31,016 bases of DNA from Lentisphaeria bacterium (GTDB lineage: Bacteria; Verrucomicrobiota; Lentisphaeria; Oligosphaerales; MVZH01), in NCBI GenBank assembly GCA_046482565.1, contig JAWOEV010000197.1, forward strand, positions 1 to 31,016, written 5' to 3'. Shown one piece after another: positions 8,765 to 17,964 of this stretch. Numbering within the stretch: the stretch's first letter is position 1; every line of letters begins with the position of its first letter. The position numbers and the translations under genes were made by a program. A model generated the notes under the pieces. That model was not told the DNA's origin. It did no database searches and saw only the letters and a program-made list of their open reading frames with translations.

Positions 8765-10786
8765 TTATTCTTCTTCTGTTTCGGCTGCCGCCTGAATTTG
8801 CTGTTGCAGGTTTGACGGGACGGTTTCGTAGCTGTCGAATTCCATCTCAAATGTGCCTTTGCCATGCGTCAGTGAGCGCAGTTGCGTGGCATAGCTGAAA
8901 GCCTCAGACAGCGGCACCGAGGCATTTACCACCTGCATACCCTCTTCGCGATCCATGCCCATGATACGACCGCGTCGTGAGTTCAGGTCACCACTGATGT
9001 CGCCCATATACTCGTCCGGGAATATAATACGCATTTTCATGATAGGCTCGAGCAACTTGGCTTTGCCGTTCTTGATGGCCTCACGAAAGGCCCCGCGCCC
9101 GGCAATTTTAAAGGCCATTTCAGAGGAGTCAACGGGGTGATGTTTGCCATCATAAACAACCGCCCGAAAATTGATGACTTTGCAGTTGGCCAAAGGACCC
9201 TTGACGGAACCTTCTTTCACACCTTTTTCAACCGCCGGAATAAAGTTTTTGGGTATATTGCCACCGACAACCTCGCTGACAAAATCATACTCTTCCTCAG
9301 CCAAGGGTTCGACCCGCATGTAAACCTCAGCAAACTGTCCATGGCCACCGCTTTGTTTCTTATGACGATAATGGGCATCCCCGACTGCGGTTATGGTCTC
9401 ACGATAAGGCACTTTCGGGGTCCGCAGGTCCACTTCGACTTTGGCCGCTTCTTTCATGCGGTTTATGGCGTTTTGCAGGTGCAACTCGCCCAGCCCTGAA
9501 AGCACCGTCTCGTGCGTTTCAGGATTGCGGTCCAGGTTGAGCGTGGGATCTTCGTCGCAGATGCGGGCCAAAGCCGAATTTATTTTTTCGTCGTCCCCTT
9601 TGTTTTCCGGGTAAACTGCATACGACATAACCGGTTTGGGAAATTCGATCGGGGCAATGACCTTATCGGTGGATTTGGTGGACAGAGTATGGTTCAAAGC
9701 CGCACTCTTGAGTTTGGCAATGGCGACAACCTGCCCAGGGCCGGCAGTGTCGATATTTTCCTGATTTTTGCCGTTGACCAGAAGCATTGATCCCATACGC
9801 TCTTTGTCGCCGGTACTGACATTGACAATGTCGCTGTCGCCCGTGAACGTGCCGCTGTATATCCGCATGAAAGTCAACTGTCCGACAAACGGGTCACTCA
9901 CCGACTTAAAGACAAAACCGAGTGTTTCATCACTGTCAGCGGTACACTCAAACTCACCATCGGTCAATTGCACTTTCCGATTTGTAATCGGGTCCGGGAA
10001 AAGATTGACAACCCCGTTCATAAGTTCTTCGACGCCGACATCTTTTTCCGCACTGGCCGCAAAGATCGGCACGATATCAGCCTGTTGTATTGCCTGGTGC
10101 AGGCCTCGAGATATCTCTTCCTCGCTAAGCTCCTCCCCTTCAAGGTATTTGGTCATAAGTTCTTCGTCTGACTCGGCTACCGTGTCCATCAACGCCTCCT
10201 TATACTCGGCGACGGCAGCACTGACCTCGTCCGGCACATCGGTTGCGGTTAAGACGTTCACAACAGCGTTGAATTCGGCTTTGGTGCCGACCGGTACCGT
10301 GAAAGGGATACAGGTAGTGGTGCCGTATGTTTCGCGGATGGTCGCCAGAGTCTGGTCATACTCAGCCTGCTCGTGATCAAGGCGGTTTATGACAAAAGCA
10401 CGGGGGATTCCGGCCTCCCTGGCGGCCTTCCAAGCGCGAATTGCTCCCATTTCCAAACCGGTAGAGGCATTTACGGTGATCAGAACGGTGTCCGCAACAT
10501 CGATAGAGGCCAGGGTCTCTCCGAAGAAATCAGCATAGCCGGGCGTATCGACAAAAGAGAGGCAGGCATCTTTCCAATTGCAGTGCAACGGGGTGGCGTA
10601 CATGCTGGATTTACGTTCTTGTTCTTCGGGCCGGTAATCAGAAACACTGGTTCCTTCGTCAACCTTTCCTAACCGCTTAACGGCTCCGCTCTTGTGCAGC
10701 ATCAGGTCAGACAACAACGTTTTCCCCGAGCCCGCGTGACCAGCCAATACAAAGTTCCGAATCTGATTAACATTCATATCTTTCAC
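8765..10786 (-). CDS. fusA: Elongation factor G paralogue (EF-G2 type)
   Basis: GHAGSGKT, DTPGYADF, NRLD, PKVPYRETI, KKQSGGHGQF, VDSSEMAF. The switch-I RGITI motif is replaced by RKSSM. Confidence 0.92.
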   Translation of the reverse strand: MKDMNVNQIRNFVLAGHAGSGKTLLSDLMLHKSGAVKRLGKVDEGTSVSDYRPEEQERKSSMYATPLHCNWKDACLSFVDTPGYADFFGETLASIDVADTVLITVNASTGLEMGAIRAWKAAREAGIPRAFVINRLDHEQAEYDQTLATIRETYGTTTCIPFTVPVGTKAEFNAVVNVLTATDVPDEVSAAVAEYKEALMDTVAESDEELMTKYLEGEELSEEEISRGLHQAIQQADIVPIFAASAEKDVGVEELMNGVVNLFPDPITNRKVQLTDGEFECTADSDETLGFVFKSVSDPFVGQLTFMRIYSGTFTGDSDIVNVSTGDKERMGSMLLVNGKNQENIDTAGPGQVVAIAKLKSAALNHTLSTKSTDKVIAPIEFPKPVMSYAVYPENKGDDEKINSALARICDEDPTLNLDRNPETHETVLSGLGELHLQNAINRMKEAAKVEVDLRTPKVPYRETITAVGDAHYRHKKQSGGHGQFAEVYMRVEPLAEEEYDFVSEVVGGNIPKNFIPAVEKGVKEGSVKGPLANCKVINFRAVVYDGKHHPVDSSEMAFKIAGRGAFREAIKNGKAKLLEPIMKMRIIFPDEYMGDISGDLNSRRGRIMGMDREEGMQVVNASVPLSEAFSYATQLRSLTHGKGTFEMEFDSYETVPSNLQQQIQAAAETEEE

Positions 10787-10946
10787 CTTTTAACTCCCTT
10801 TTTCTTGGCAATGCACAGGCCAAGTGCACTGCGGAATGTCGTCCGCTTTCAACTTTATCAGAGCGCCCAAAACAGTAAATTAGCGGTTGAACGGTTTAAT
10901 TCAAAATTTTTGCAATTTAGCGGTCTGTGAATTATTTTGTTGGCTT

Positions 10947-11756
10947 ATGGGTTTTGTCCAAAACATTATTGCTAACTGGTGCCATGAGCATAGCGCAGTT
11001 GTTGCCGATAAGCGGCCGACAGTCGCCGCCGGCACCCATATTGGTCGCGTTCGCAGGCTGAATGAAGACAGCTATGCCACGGTCAAATTACCGGGGGCTC
11101 ACGAGGTTCTGGCGGCGGTCGCTGACGGCGTAGGCGGCGAGCAGGCCGGTGAAGTGGCCAGCTGGTTTGCCATTACTTATTTGCTTAGGGAAAGACATAA
11201 GTACGCTCTGGGAGCAGTTGATAATCCGAAAACGGCTCGCAATATGCTGGTCGACGGTCTGCATGCTGCCAACACGGCGCTGGATCAGATAAACTCAAAA
11301 CTGGGGGGAGCCAATTTTGCCATGGGGACAACGGTGGCGGCGGCCGTATTCGTGCCGGGAGCAGTGGTGATTGCCCATGCCGGTGACAGTCGTTGTTATC
11401 GCCTTCGGAACGGGACACTGGCGCAGATCACCAGTGATCACACTTGGGCCCAGAACCTAGTCGAAATCGGCGAGCTTAAAAATTCTGACGTGACCGGTCA
11501 TCCATGGGAACACACGCTTTCCAATTGCCTGGGTATCCTGCCGCAAGTTGAATTGGCGGTTGAAACCCATGAATTGCGGTGCGGTGATCGCTTCCTGCTA
11601 TGCACTGACGGCGTCACCCAGATGCTGCCTGAAGAGGAAATATCACGGCTTTTGAGTAAGGCCTCCCACCCCGGTCGTGCCGTGCGGGATATGACCCGTG
11701 CCAGCCTCCGGCACGGCGGCATCGACAACATTGCCTTGGCCGCCGCATTTGCGTAG
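10947..11756 (+). CDS. PP2C/PPM-family Ser/Thr phosphatase
   Basis: GRVRRLNEDS, VADGVGG, MGTT, AHAGDSRCY, QITSDHT, LLCTDG, DNIA. The start codon is uncertain (10887 or 10947). Confidence 0.9.
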   Translation: MGFVQNIIANWCHEHSAVVADKRPTVAAGTHIGRVRRLNEDSYATVKLPGAHEVLAAVADGVGGEQAGEVASWFAITYLLRERHKYALGAVDNPKTARNMLVDGLHAANTALDQINSKLGGANFAMGTTVAAAVFVPGAVVIAHAGDSRCYRLRNGTLAQITSDHTWAQNLVEIGELKNSDVTGHPWEHTLSNCLGILPQVELAVETHELRCGDRFLLCTDGVTQMLPEEEISRLLSKASHPGRAVRDMTRASLRHGGIDNIALAAAFA

Positions 11757-11905
11757 CCCGGGCATTTCATGAAAACTGGATGTTTACCGCTTCTCCATAG
11801 GCTGACCCGGTTTTGCACGAAGCAACAGTATTGCAGATTTGTTTTTTCTTCGGCTTGTTGCTGTGTTAACCACCGCTTCAAGCCGGAAAAATCAAAGATC
11901 TGTGG
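11754..11905. repeat. Degenerate copy of the TAG|CCCG hairpin-repeat family (copy C)
   Basis: A left-end-like TAGCCCGGGCATTTCATGAAAA at 11754 is followed by the reverse complement of the right half of copy A. It includes the exact 24-mer CTGCAATACTGTTGCTTCGTGCAA at 11813-11836 (minus). Confidence 0.8.
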
Positions 11906-11945
11906 CACTGGCAATTCGGGCAATGTCCGGGACCCGGACGGCGTA

Positions 11946-13466
11946 TTATTGCTTCGGTCGCAATTGGGGAAACATTATAATATCGCGGATGGACGCGGAG
12001 TTAGTCAGTAGCATCAGCAGGCGGTCGATGCCAATTCCCATGCCGCCAGCTGGCGGCATACCGTGTTCCATGGCAGTGAGAAAGTCTTCATCAATCCGTG
12101 AACTTACCTCTTCCACCGTTCCGTGGGTGCGTTCAAGCTGTTCTTCAAAACGATGGCGCTGTTCAAGCGGATTATTCAGTTCCGAATAACCGGGGGCTAT
12201 TTCCTGACCGCCGATCTCCAGCTCGAACACATCGACCACGCTCGGGTCGTCCTTGCAGGTTTTTGCCAGTGGCACCAGTTCAGCTGGCAGGCGGGTCACA
12301 AAGGTCGGCTCGATAAGGGTCGCTTCAATAATTTTTTCATAGACCTCGTGCGTGATCTCGCTATCACTCATTTCCGCCACAACACTGAGGCCCGCCTTGT
12401 CAGCGCGTTTGAGTTTATCCTCATGGTTTACTTCGTACCAGTCGTCGCCCATCTGTTCTCTGATGAGTTCGGCATAGGTTACTCGTCGCCAGGGGGTTGA
12501 TATGTCAATCTCGCTGTCCTCTCCGTAAGGCAGCTTGGTGGTACCGAGAACATTCTCGGCCAGCGATGACACGAGATATTCAACCAACTCCATCATGCCG
12601 CTACAGTCACTATAGGCTTCATAAACTTCGATCATGGTGAATTCCGGATTGTGATGGCGTGACAATCCTTCGTTCCGGAAGTTGCGGTTAATTTCATAAA
12701 CTTTTTCCATGCCGCCCACGAGCAGACGTTTGAGATATAATTCCGGGGCAATACGCAGGTACATAGGACAATCCAGAGCGGTATAGTAAGTTTCAAACGG
12801 GCGGGCCGCGGCTCCCCCGGGGATCGGCTGCAGCATCGGAGTTTCAACCTCGGTAAAACCGCGTTCATCCAAAAGCCGCCGCAGTTCACGCATGAATTGC
12901 GCCCGCAACCGGAATTTCTTCTGGACATCTTCGTTGGAAATTAAATCCAGATAACGCTGGCGGTAGCGTTGTTCGGTATCGGTCAGCCCATGCCATTTCT
13001 CAGGCAACGGACGCAGAGCCTTTGACAAGAGTTGAAATGACTCTACCTTTTGGGTGATTTCTCCTTTGCGCGTCCGGAAAATGCTACCATCCGCGGCCAG
13101 AATATCGCCTAAGTCAAGCTTCTTGAACATGGAGAACGCCTCTTCCCCGACCTGGTTCTTTTTGACATAGATCTGCAACCGCCCCCCCCGGTCCCGGATA
13201 TCCGCGAATATCGATTTTCCCATCACCCGCATTGCGGTCAGGCGTCCGGCCAGCCTTACTTTCTTCCCGTCTCCGTCAGCCTCTTCACCTTGGGCTTCGA
13301 AGGCTTTTATCGCCTCCGGAGTCGAAGTAATGTCATCCACCCGACCGCCATAAGCCTGAACCCCGGCGGCGACGAGTTCTTCCAGTTTCTGCAGGCGCTG
13401 CAACCGTTGGTCGGCAGGGGGATTCGAATGATTTTCAGCTTGGTTTATCTGTTCGTTGTTACTCAT
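11946..13466 (-). CDS. lysS: Lysyl-tRNA synthetase, class II
   Basis: OB fold, RYRQRYLDL, YLRIAPELYLKRL, motif 2 FRNEG, motif 3 GMGIGIDRL. Confidence 0.98.
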   Translation of the reverse strand: MSNNEQINQAENHSNPPADQRLQRLQKLEELVAAGVQAYGGRVDDITSTPEAIKAFEAQGEEADGDGKKVRLAGRLTAMRVMGKSIFADIRDRGGRLQIYVKKNQVGEEAFSMFKKLDLGDILAADGSIFRTRKGEITQKVESFQLLSKALRPLPEKWHGLTDTEQRYRQRYLDLISNEDVQKKFRLRAQFMRELRRLLDERGFTEVETPMLQPIPGGAAARPFETYYTALDCPMYLRIAPELYLKRLLVGGMEKVYEINRNFRNEGLSRHHNPEFTMIEVYEAYSDCSGMMELVEYLVSSLAENVLGTTKLPYGEDSEIDISTPWRRVTYAELIREQMGDDWYEVNHEDKLKRADKAGLSVVAEMSDSEITHEVYEKIIEATLIEPTFVTRLPAELVPLAKTCKDDPSVVDVFELEIGGQEIAPGYSELNNPLEQRHRFEEQLERTHGTVEEVSSRIDEDFLTAMEHGMPPAGGMGIGIDRLLMLLTNSASIRDIIMFPQLRPKQ

Positions 13467-13518
13467 AAAAATAATAATCCGTGTTGAATGTGATCAGCCA
13501 CTAATTGAGATTCGTAAC

Positions 13519-14517
13519 TTAAGGGGTTAAAGGGCGCTCTGCCAGTGCGGAATGGTGCAGAGCACGGTAGGCCGCGGGGGGGATTTTTATTTCCCGCTTG
13601 AAAATGCGACTCAGGTAATGCCGATCGCAGAAACCGCATTCAACGGCTATTTGGTCAATTGTTTTATCGGTATGATGCAACATAAGACAAACCTTCTGAA
13701 TCCGGCGCTTCAAAAGATACTTCTGCGGCGACCAGCCGATTTTGTTCTTGAACAGGCGGGCAAAAGCATTCGGGCTCATATTCGCCGACGCCGCCAAATC
13801 ACGGTTGCGGTGCGCGGCACTAAGATTGTTGTCAATGATTTTGATCGCCCGGCGTACCCTTTGATCATCCGGCGCTGCGGGCCAGGCGGAGTCAGGAATC
13901 TGCCCGAGAAGGCCACTGATGAGAGCGGTTAAAAGGAATCCTTTCCGATGCGATAAATTTGGCGAATTGTCATCCCATTCCCACAAACTTTCTGTCAGCA
14001 GATGTTCACTCTGCTTATTTATGCCAAAATGGAAAATCTGCGGTTCAATGTCGTCATACGGTGATCCCGCCGTAAAATGTACGAAGAAATGGTAAATGAT
14101 GTCGCTACCCCCCCCCTTTTTCACGTGTTTTAGACCTCGGGCCGGACCGCCCTGTAAGTGATCCCGGTAAAAAGCGGAATCAAAATCCCCTTCGGTATTT
14201 AGTTGAGTTGAAAACGGCGTATTCGGAGGAATTAAAATTAATGAGTCCGGGGTCAGTTCATAAGTCGCATTTTCCAGTATCACCCTACCCCCGGCAACCG
14301 GATTCCAGTAAAGGCGCCAGTAGGGGAAAGCCAGACATGAATGACGCCAATCTTTCAACCACCAGAAATGACAACACAGCATTGTCAGGTCTATAGGCGG
14401 GAAATGCTGACGCAACGGCGACGGGTTACCGTCCTCGGGAGTTTTAAAATATTGTAACATATTCACCTTCAAGATATCATCCGTAACGAAAAAGTATCCC
14501 GGGCTATTTAATTTCAT
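13519..14517 (-). CDS. AraC-family transcriptional regulator
   Basis: Cupin-like N-terminus and C-terminal double HTH (LAASANMSPNAFARLFK...IAVECGFCDRHYLSRIFK...PPAAYR). It is divergent from a sugar isomerase. Start at 14517 or 14460. Confidence 0.9.
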   Translation of the reverse strand: MKLNSPGYFFVTDDILKVNMLQYFKTPEDGNPSPLRQHFPPIDLTMLCCHFWWLKDWRHSCLAFPYWRLYWNPVAGGRVILENATYELTPDSLILIPPNTPFSTQLNTEGDFDSAFYRDHLQGGPARGLKHVKKGGGSDIIYHFFVHFTAGSPYDDIEPQIFHFGINKQSEHLLTESLWEWDDNSPNLSHRKGFLLTALISGLLGQIPDSAWPAAPDDQRVRRAIKIIDNNLSAAHRNRDLAASANMSPNAFARLFKNKIGWSPQKYLLKRRIQKVCLMLHHTDKTIDQIAVECGFCDRHYLSRIFKREIKIPPAAYRALHHSALAERPLTP

Positions 14518-14844
14518 CTTTCCTTTCCGGCGGGGATGCACTATGGATTTTTCTCCGCCGGGGGGAAACTCTGTTTATAGAACTATCTGTGTTTAAATTA
14601 TACATAAGATCGCTTAACTTGTCAATAGAATAAAACCGCGATCTATGGTTAGTTTGTATACAGCTTTAAAAAATCATGACTCCGGAAATTTTCAGCGGTG
14701 ATGCCGGTGGTTACGAGCCAAGCTGCAACTTCCTGTTGGGCAGCAACATGTAACTTGCAGACTGGCCGGCCGATGTACGGACGCTGGAATTTCTTTCCGG
14801 GAAAATTGGCAAAACACAACTTCACTTAACATGGAGACGGCAAA

Positions 14845-16566
14845 ATGAGTAAGGCAATCAAACTTTCCCCAGAGGCAAAGGTCGAGACAAATCCTGCTGT
14901 AACCTTCGGCATTTGTGCCGCTGGTGATCCGCGGATCGACAAAGAGGCCCGGCAGCGAACTGCCAGCATTGTCGGCATTATCGCCGAGCTTATTGCGGAA
15001 CGCGTATCAATGCCGGACGGGACACCGGTTAATGTTGTCTGGACACCGCTGCTGATAGATGGCGAATCGCAAGCCGACAAGGTAGCGCGTCAATTTCGCG
15101 ATAACAACGTTGATGCCATTGTCTGTACACCCGACACCTGGGCCTTTCCGCAGCTTTCACTAATGAGCCTGCTGGCCCGCCTCCCGAGTGATATCCCGGT
15201 AAATATCACCTGCGGTAACAGTGCGCCCAAACCGGGGGTAGTCTTCGCCCATGCCGCCAACGGTGCCCTGGCCCAGAGCGGGCGATTGACGCATTTGAAT
15301 GTCGGCAGCTGGGAAGAAACCGGTTTGCAGCCAAAGATAACAGAAGAGACGAAGACGACCTTGATCGACTGGTGTTTTGCGGCGGTCGCCCGGGCAGGCC
15401 TCAAGGGGCAGCGTGTGGTATGCTTTGGCCACGATTCGATGGGTATGGAAACCGCCTTGGCCCACATCAATGCAACCCGTCGCAATTTCGGCATCGAGAT
15501 GACTCGGCTCGACATGAAACTGCTCTCGGACATGCTCAACAAGAAAGCTTATGATAAGGAAGAATTGAAAGCCCTCCGGAACTGGGTGGACACCAATGTA
15601 GGCAAGCGGGTTGATCTGTCCCAGCAAGACGCCAGCGCCAAGCTTGATCAATCACTGGCGATGTACCTTATTATGCGCGATTTGCTCAAAGACCTGAACG
15701 CCGTCGGCGGCGGCTTTATGAACCAGCTTGAGTGGGGTAGCGACCAGCGCGGTATTCCGTTGCCGATCTGCGATATGGCCGAATCTCTGCTGAATTCCAC
15801 ATTTGATCATAACGGTCCCAAGGGAGCCCTGCCATTTGCCACGGAAGCGGATATGCAGGGATTGCTCACGATGTTGGCCAAAACCTGGCTGACCGGCGGT
15901 AATCCGCCGTTATTCATGGACTTCAGGAAGGTATGGGCAGCTCCAGAACTGTGCCAGAAAGCCGATGCCCTGGGGATCAAGTACAACGGGGATGAGGAAT
16001 GGGCGGTAAAAGGCATTGTCGACGGCGACAACTCGGGTTCGGCCAGTCTCAACTGGGCCGCCAAGCCGGGAGCTTCCCCCGAAGAAATAATGCAAAATGT
16101 GTACATGCCGGGGGCTGAATTGGATTATTTCCCCGGTGGCGGCAATAGCGTTAGTTTCATTTCCCCCGGGGGTATAGAAGGCGTCGCCAGTCGTCTGGCC
16201 TACAGTGAAATGACCGGTGTTTTCAGTTTGATCTGGGATGAAGCCTTTACCGTTGACCTGCCTGATAAACTTGCGCAAGCCGTGGCCAACAGCTCGAACG
16301 TCACCTGGCCGCACAGCTGGATAGTTCCCAAGTACGCCAGCATGAATGAATATAAGCAATATGCCCCGGCCAACCACTTCCATATGACTTGGGACCTGCC
16401 GGTGGCCCGCCTGCAATACTGGATGGATCTGGCCAATGTGCTTTCCGTTGCCCCGTGGCAGGCACGCCCGGCCTTCATTGAAGGGACCGACCGTCCGGAA
16501 CCACTGATGTATTTGATTAACGGCGGCGAAAATATCACCAAACGCATGCGGGCTCGAGGCGTTTAG
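14845..16566 (+). CDS. L-fucose/D-arabinose isomerase-family protein
   Basis: 573 aa with the FucI layout; metal-ligand motifs ATEAD, FMDFRKVW and PANH align by eye with FucI ATEND, FADVRTYW and GANH. Substrate uncertain. Confidence 0.8.
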   Translation: MSKAIKLSPEAKVETNPAVTFGICAAGDPRIDKEARQRTASIVGIIAELIAERVSMPDGTPVNVVWTPLLIDGESQADKVARQFRDNNVDAIVCTPDTWAFPQLSLMSLLARLPSDIPVNITCGNSAPKPGVVFAHAANGALAQSGRLTHLNVGSWEETGLQPKITEETKTTLIDWCFAAVARAGLKGQRVVCFGHDSMGMETALAHINATRRNFGIEMTRLDMKLLSDMLNKKAYDKEELKALRNWVDTNVGKRVDLSQQDASAKLDQSLAMYLIMRDLLKDLNAVGGGFMNQLEWGSDQRGIPLPICDMAESLLNSTFDHNGPKGALPFATEADMQGLLTMLAKTWLTGGNPPLFMDFRKVWAAPELCQKADALGIKYNGDEEWAVKGIVDGDNSGSASLNWAAKPGASPEEIMQNVYMPGAELDYFPGGGNSVSFISPGGIEGVASRLAYSEMTGVFSLIWDEAFTVDLPDKLAQAVANSSNVTWPHSWIVPKYASMNEYKQYAPANHFHMTWDLPVARLQYWMDLANVLSVAPWQARPAFIEGTDRPEPLMYLINGGENITKRMRARGV

Positions 16567-16938
16567 CCCGGCCAGTGCATGAAAAAATGAGATTATGCGG
16601 GTTATGTATATGAAGACTAAAGGCTTATCCCGGATATTTCGCGAGATTCCTATGGTTTCAAATTCCTCTGGATAAGGTCCGCCGCTGTGGTAACCACTGC
16701 AAGGTCCTTATCCAGAGGAAGATGGAGCTATAGGGACTCGCCCACCGGGTGAACGACCTGCAAAGATACGAAAGGCATCATCAAAGCCGCATTTTATACA
16801 CTCAAATCAAACAAAAAACTCTGTGAACGACTGGCATTTAATCTGCACGTTTTCGGGCTCAGCGCAGTGGACACCGCAGCAACAAGCCGGAGAAAAAACC
16901 AAACTGCAATACTGTTGCTTCGTGCAAAAACCGGGTTG
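16564..16938. mobile_element. MITE-like element (copy B) containing a nested long hairpin
   Basis: Left end TAGCCCGGCCAGTGCATGAAAAAATGAGATTATGCGG and right end CTGCAATACTGTTGCTTCGTGCAAAAACCGGG match both ends of copy A. There is an internal perfect 15-bp inverted repeat at 16663-16677/16706-16720. Confidence 0.75.
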
Positions 16939-17054
16939 AGTGTGTGGGAGTGTGTTGGTAGGGGGGGGGTAAAGGGGGCTTCCATGCTTCGGTCTCACAC
17001 ATAACCGCTGAAGGTAGTGCATGACAACACGAAAACCCCGAGAAGAGCAACCGG

Positions 17055-17096
17055 CGCTCCTCAATCCGCCTCAGGCGGAGCGCGATACCTTTTCGC
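17055..17096. repeat. REP-like palindromic repeat, family 2, copy 2
   Basis: CGCTCCTCAATCCGCCTCAGGCGGAGCG...ACCTTTTCGC, near-identical to 5782-5822, 7 nt from the stop of a convergent gene. Confidence 0.7.
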
Positions 17097-17103
17097 ATGG
17101 CGT

Positions 17104-17925
17104 CTAGAAAAGCTTTTTCATAAGCGACGGTTTCCACTGACCGTCCTTCAGAACAAAGCCAGCATCCTTGAGCATCTGTGCTTCAAGCTTCGGTGCTCGG
17201 CGTTCTGCTTTTTGCTCTACCATTTCGTTGATTTTCTTCTCCAGCACGTGTTCGGCAGGAACGTATTTACCGCGCCATTTCTGATAGCCGGCGTCGACGA
17301 GGGCCTGCCTGTATAGCTGGCGCCGGCGTTTCTCCATAAACGCTTTTTTTGCGACAGCATATTTTTCTTTCTCCAAAAGGATGAATCGCCGCCTCTTTTT
17401 CCGGCGAAAATCCTCATCGAACATCACTAGGTCTGTGTCCTTGATATCCTCCTTAAGAAACCAGCGGTTACCGATTTTAACCCGGTCGTCGGTCTCTTCG
17501 AGGAAAGCTCCCTGGACTTGCGGCATTGATCCTTTACCCTCACGAATTAAAATTGATACCTCTTCCCCGATTTTTTTGGCCGGATATTTTTCTTCAGCCT
17601 GCTGTTGCAACTTTTCTTCAGGAAGCTCGGGAAATTCTTTTTTGACTTCTTTTTTGACCTGATCCATGACGCGTTGCTGCAGTTCTTTATAGCTGGCTGT
17701 CACCTTGGTAATCGGCCATTTGAGGCCCATTTGCACAGCCACTTCCTGCCGGTCTATCTGGCCGCGTGCCTCGGCTCGGGCCAGCTTTTGCGCCTGGGCA
17801 CGGATACGTTCCTTTTCTTTGGCAAAATCTTCAGGTGATCCGCCGCAACCGTTGATAAAAATCACCAGCAGAGCAGTTTTGCCAAGCACGCATGTACGTA
17901 AAATTCTGGCCGCCGGAAAAGTCAT
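17104..17925 (-). CDS. Hypothetical lipoprotein, charged and helical
   Basis: Start re-called at MTFPAARI (17925, RBS AGGAG). Lipobox-like FINGC, followed by a Lys/Glu-rich helical body. No family recognised. Confidence 0.7.
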   Translation of the reverse strand: MTFPAARILRTCVLGKTALLVIFINGCGGSPEDFAKEKERIRAQAQKLARAEARGQIDRQEVAVQMGLKWPITKVTASYKELQQRVMDQVKKEVKKEFPELPEEKLQQQAEEKYPAKKIGEEVSILIREGKGSMPQVQGAFLEETDDRVKIGNRWFLKEDIKDTDLVMFDEDFRRKKRRRFILLEKEKYAVAKKAFMEKRRRQLYRQALVDAGYQKWRGKYVPAEHVLEKKINEMVEQKAERRAPKLEAQMLKDAGFVLKDGQWKPSLMKKLF

Positions 17926-17964
17926 GGATATTACTCCTATATTTGAAACACTGCTACTACGTTC

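Noticed and set aside
14487-14507. Additional family end (reverse complement TAGCCCGGGATAC) near the AraC start
   Set aside because: The match is short, lacks the YGCA part, has no partner end, and may be coding sequence.
11769-17064. Similar Cys-rich peptides FCTKQQYC...ACCC in ORFs 11769-12011 and 16807-17064
   Set aside because: The similarity comes from the shared DNA repeat. The frame is broken by indels in copy A, there is no common start or RBS, and the ORFs overlap real genes or repeats.
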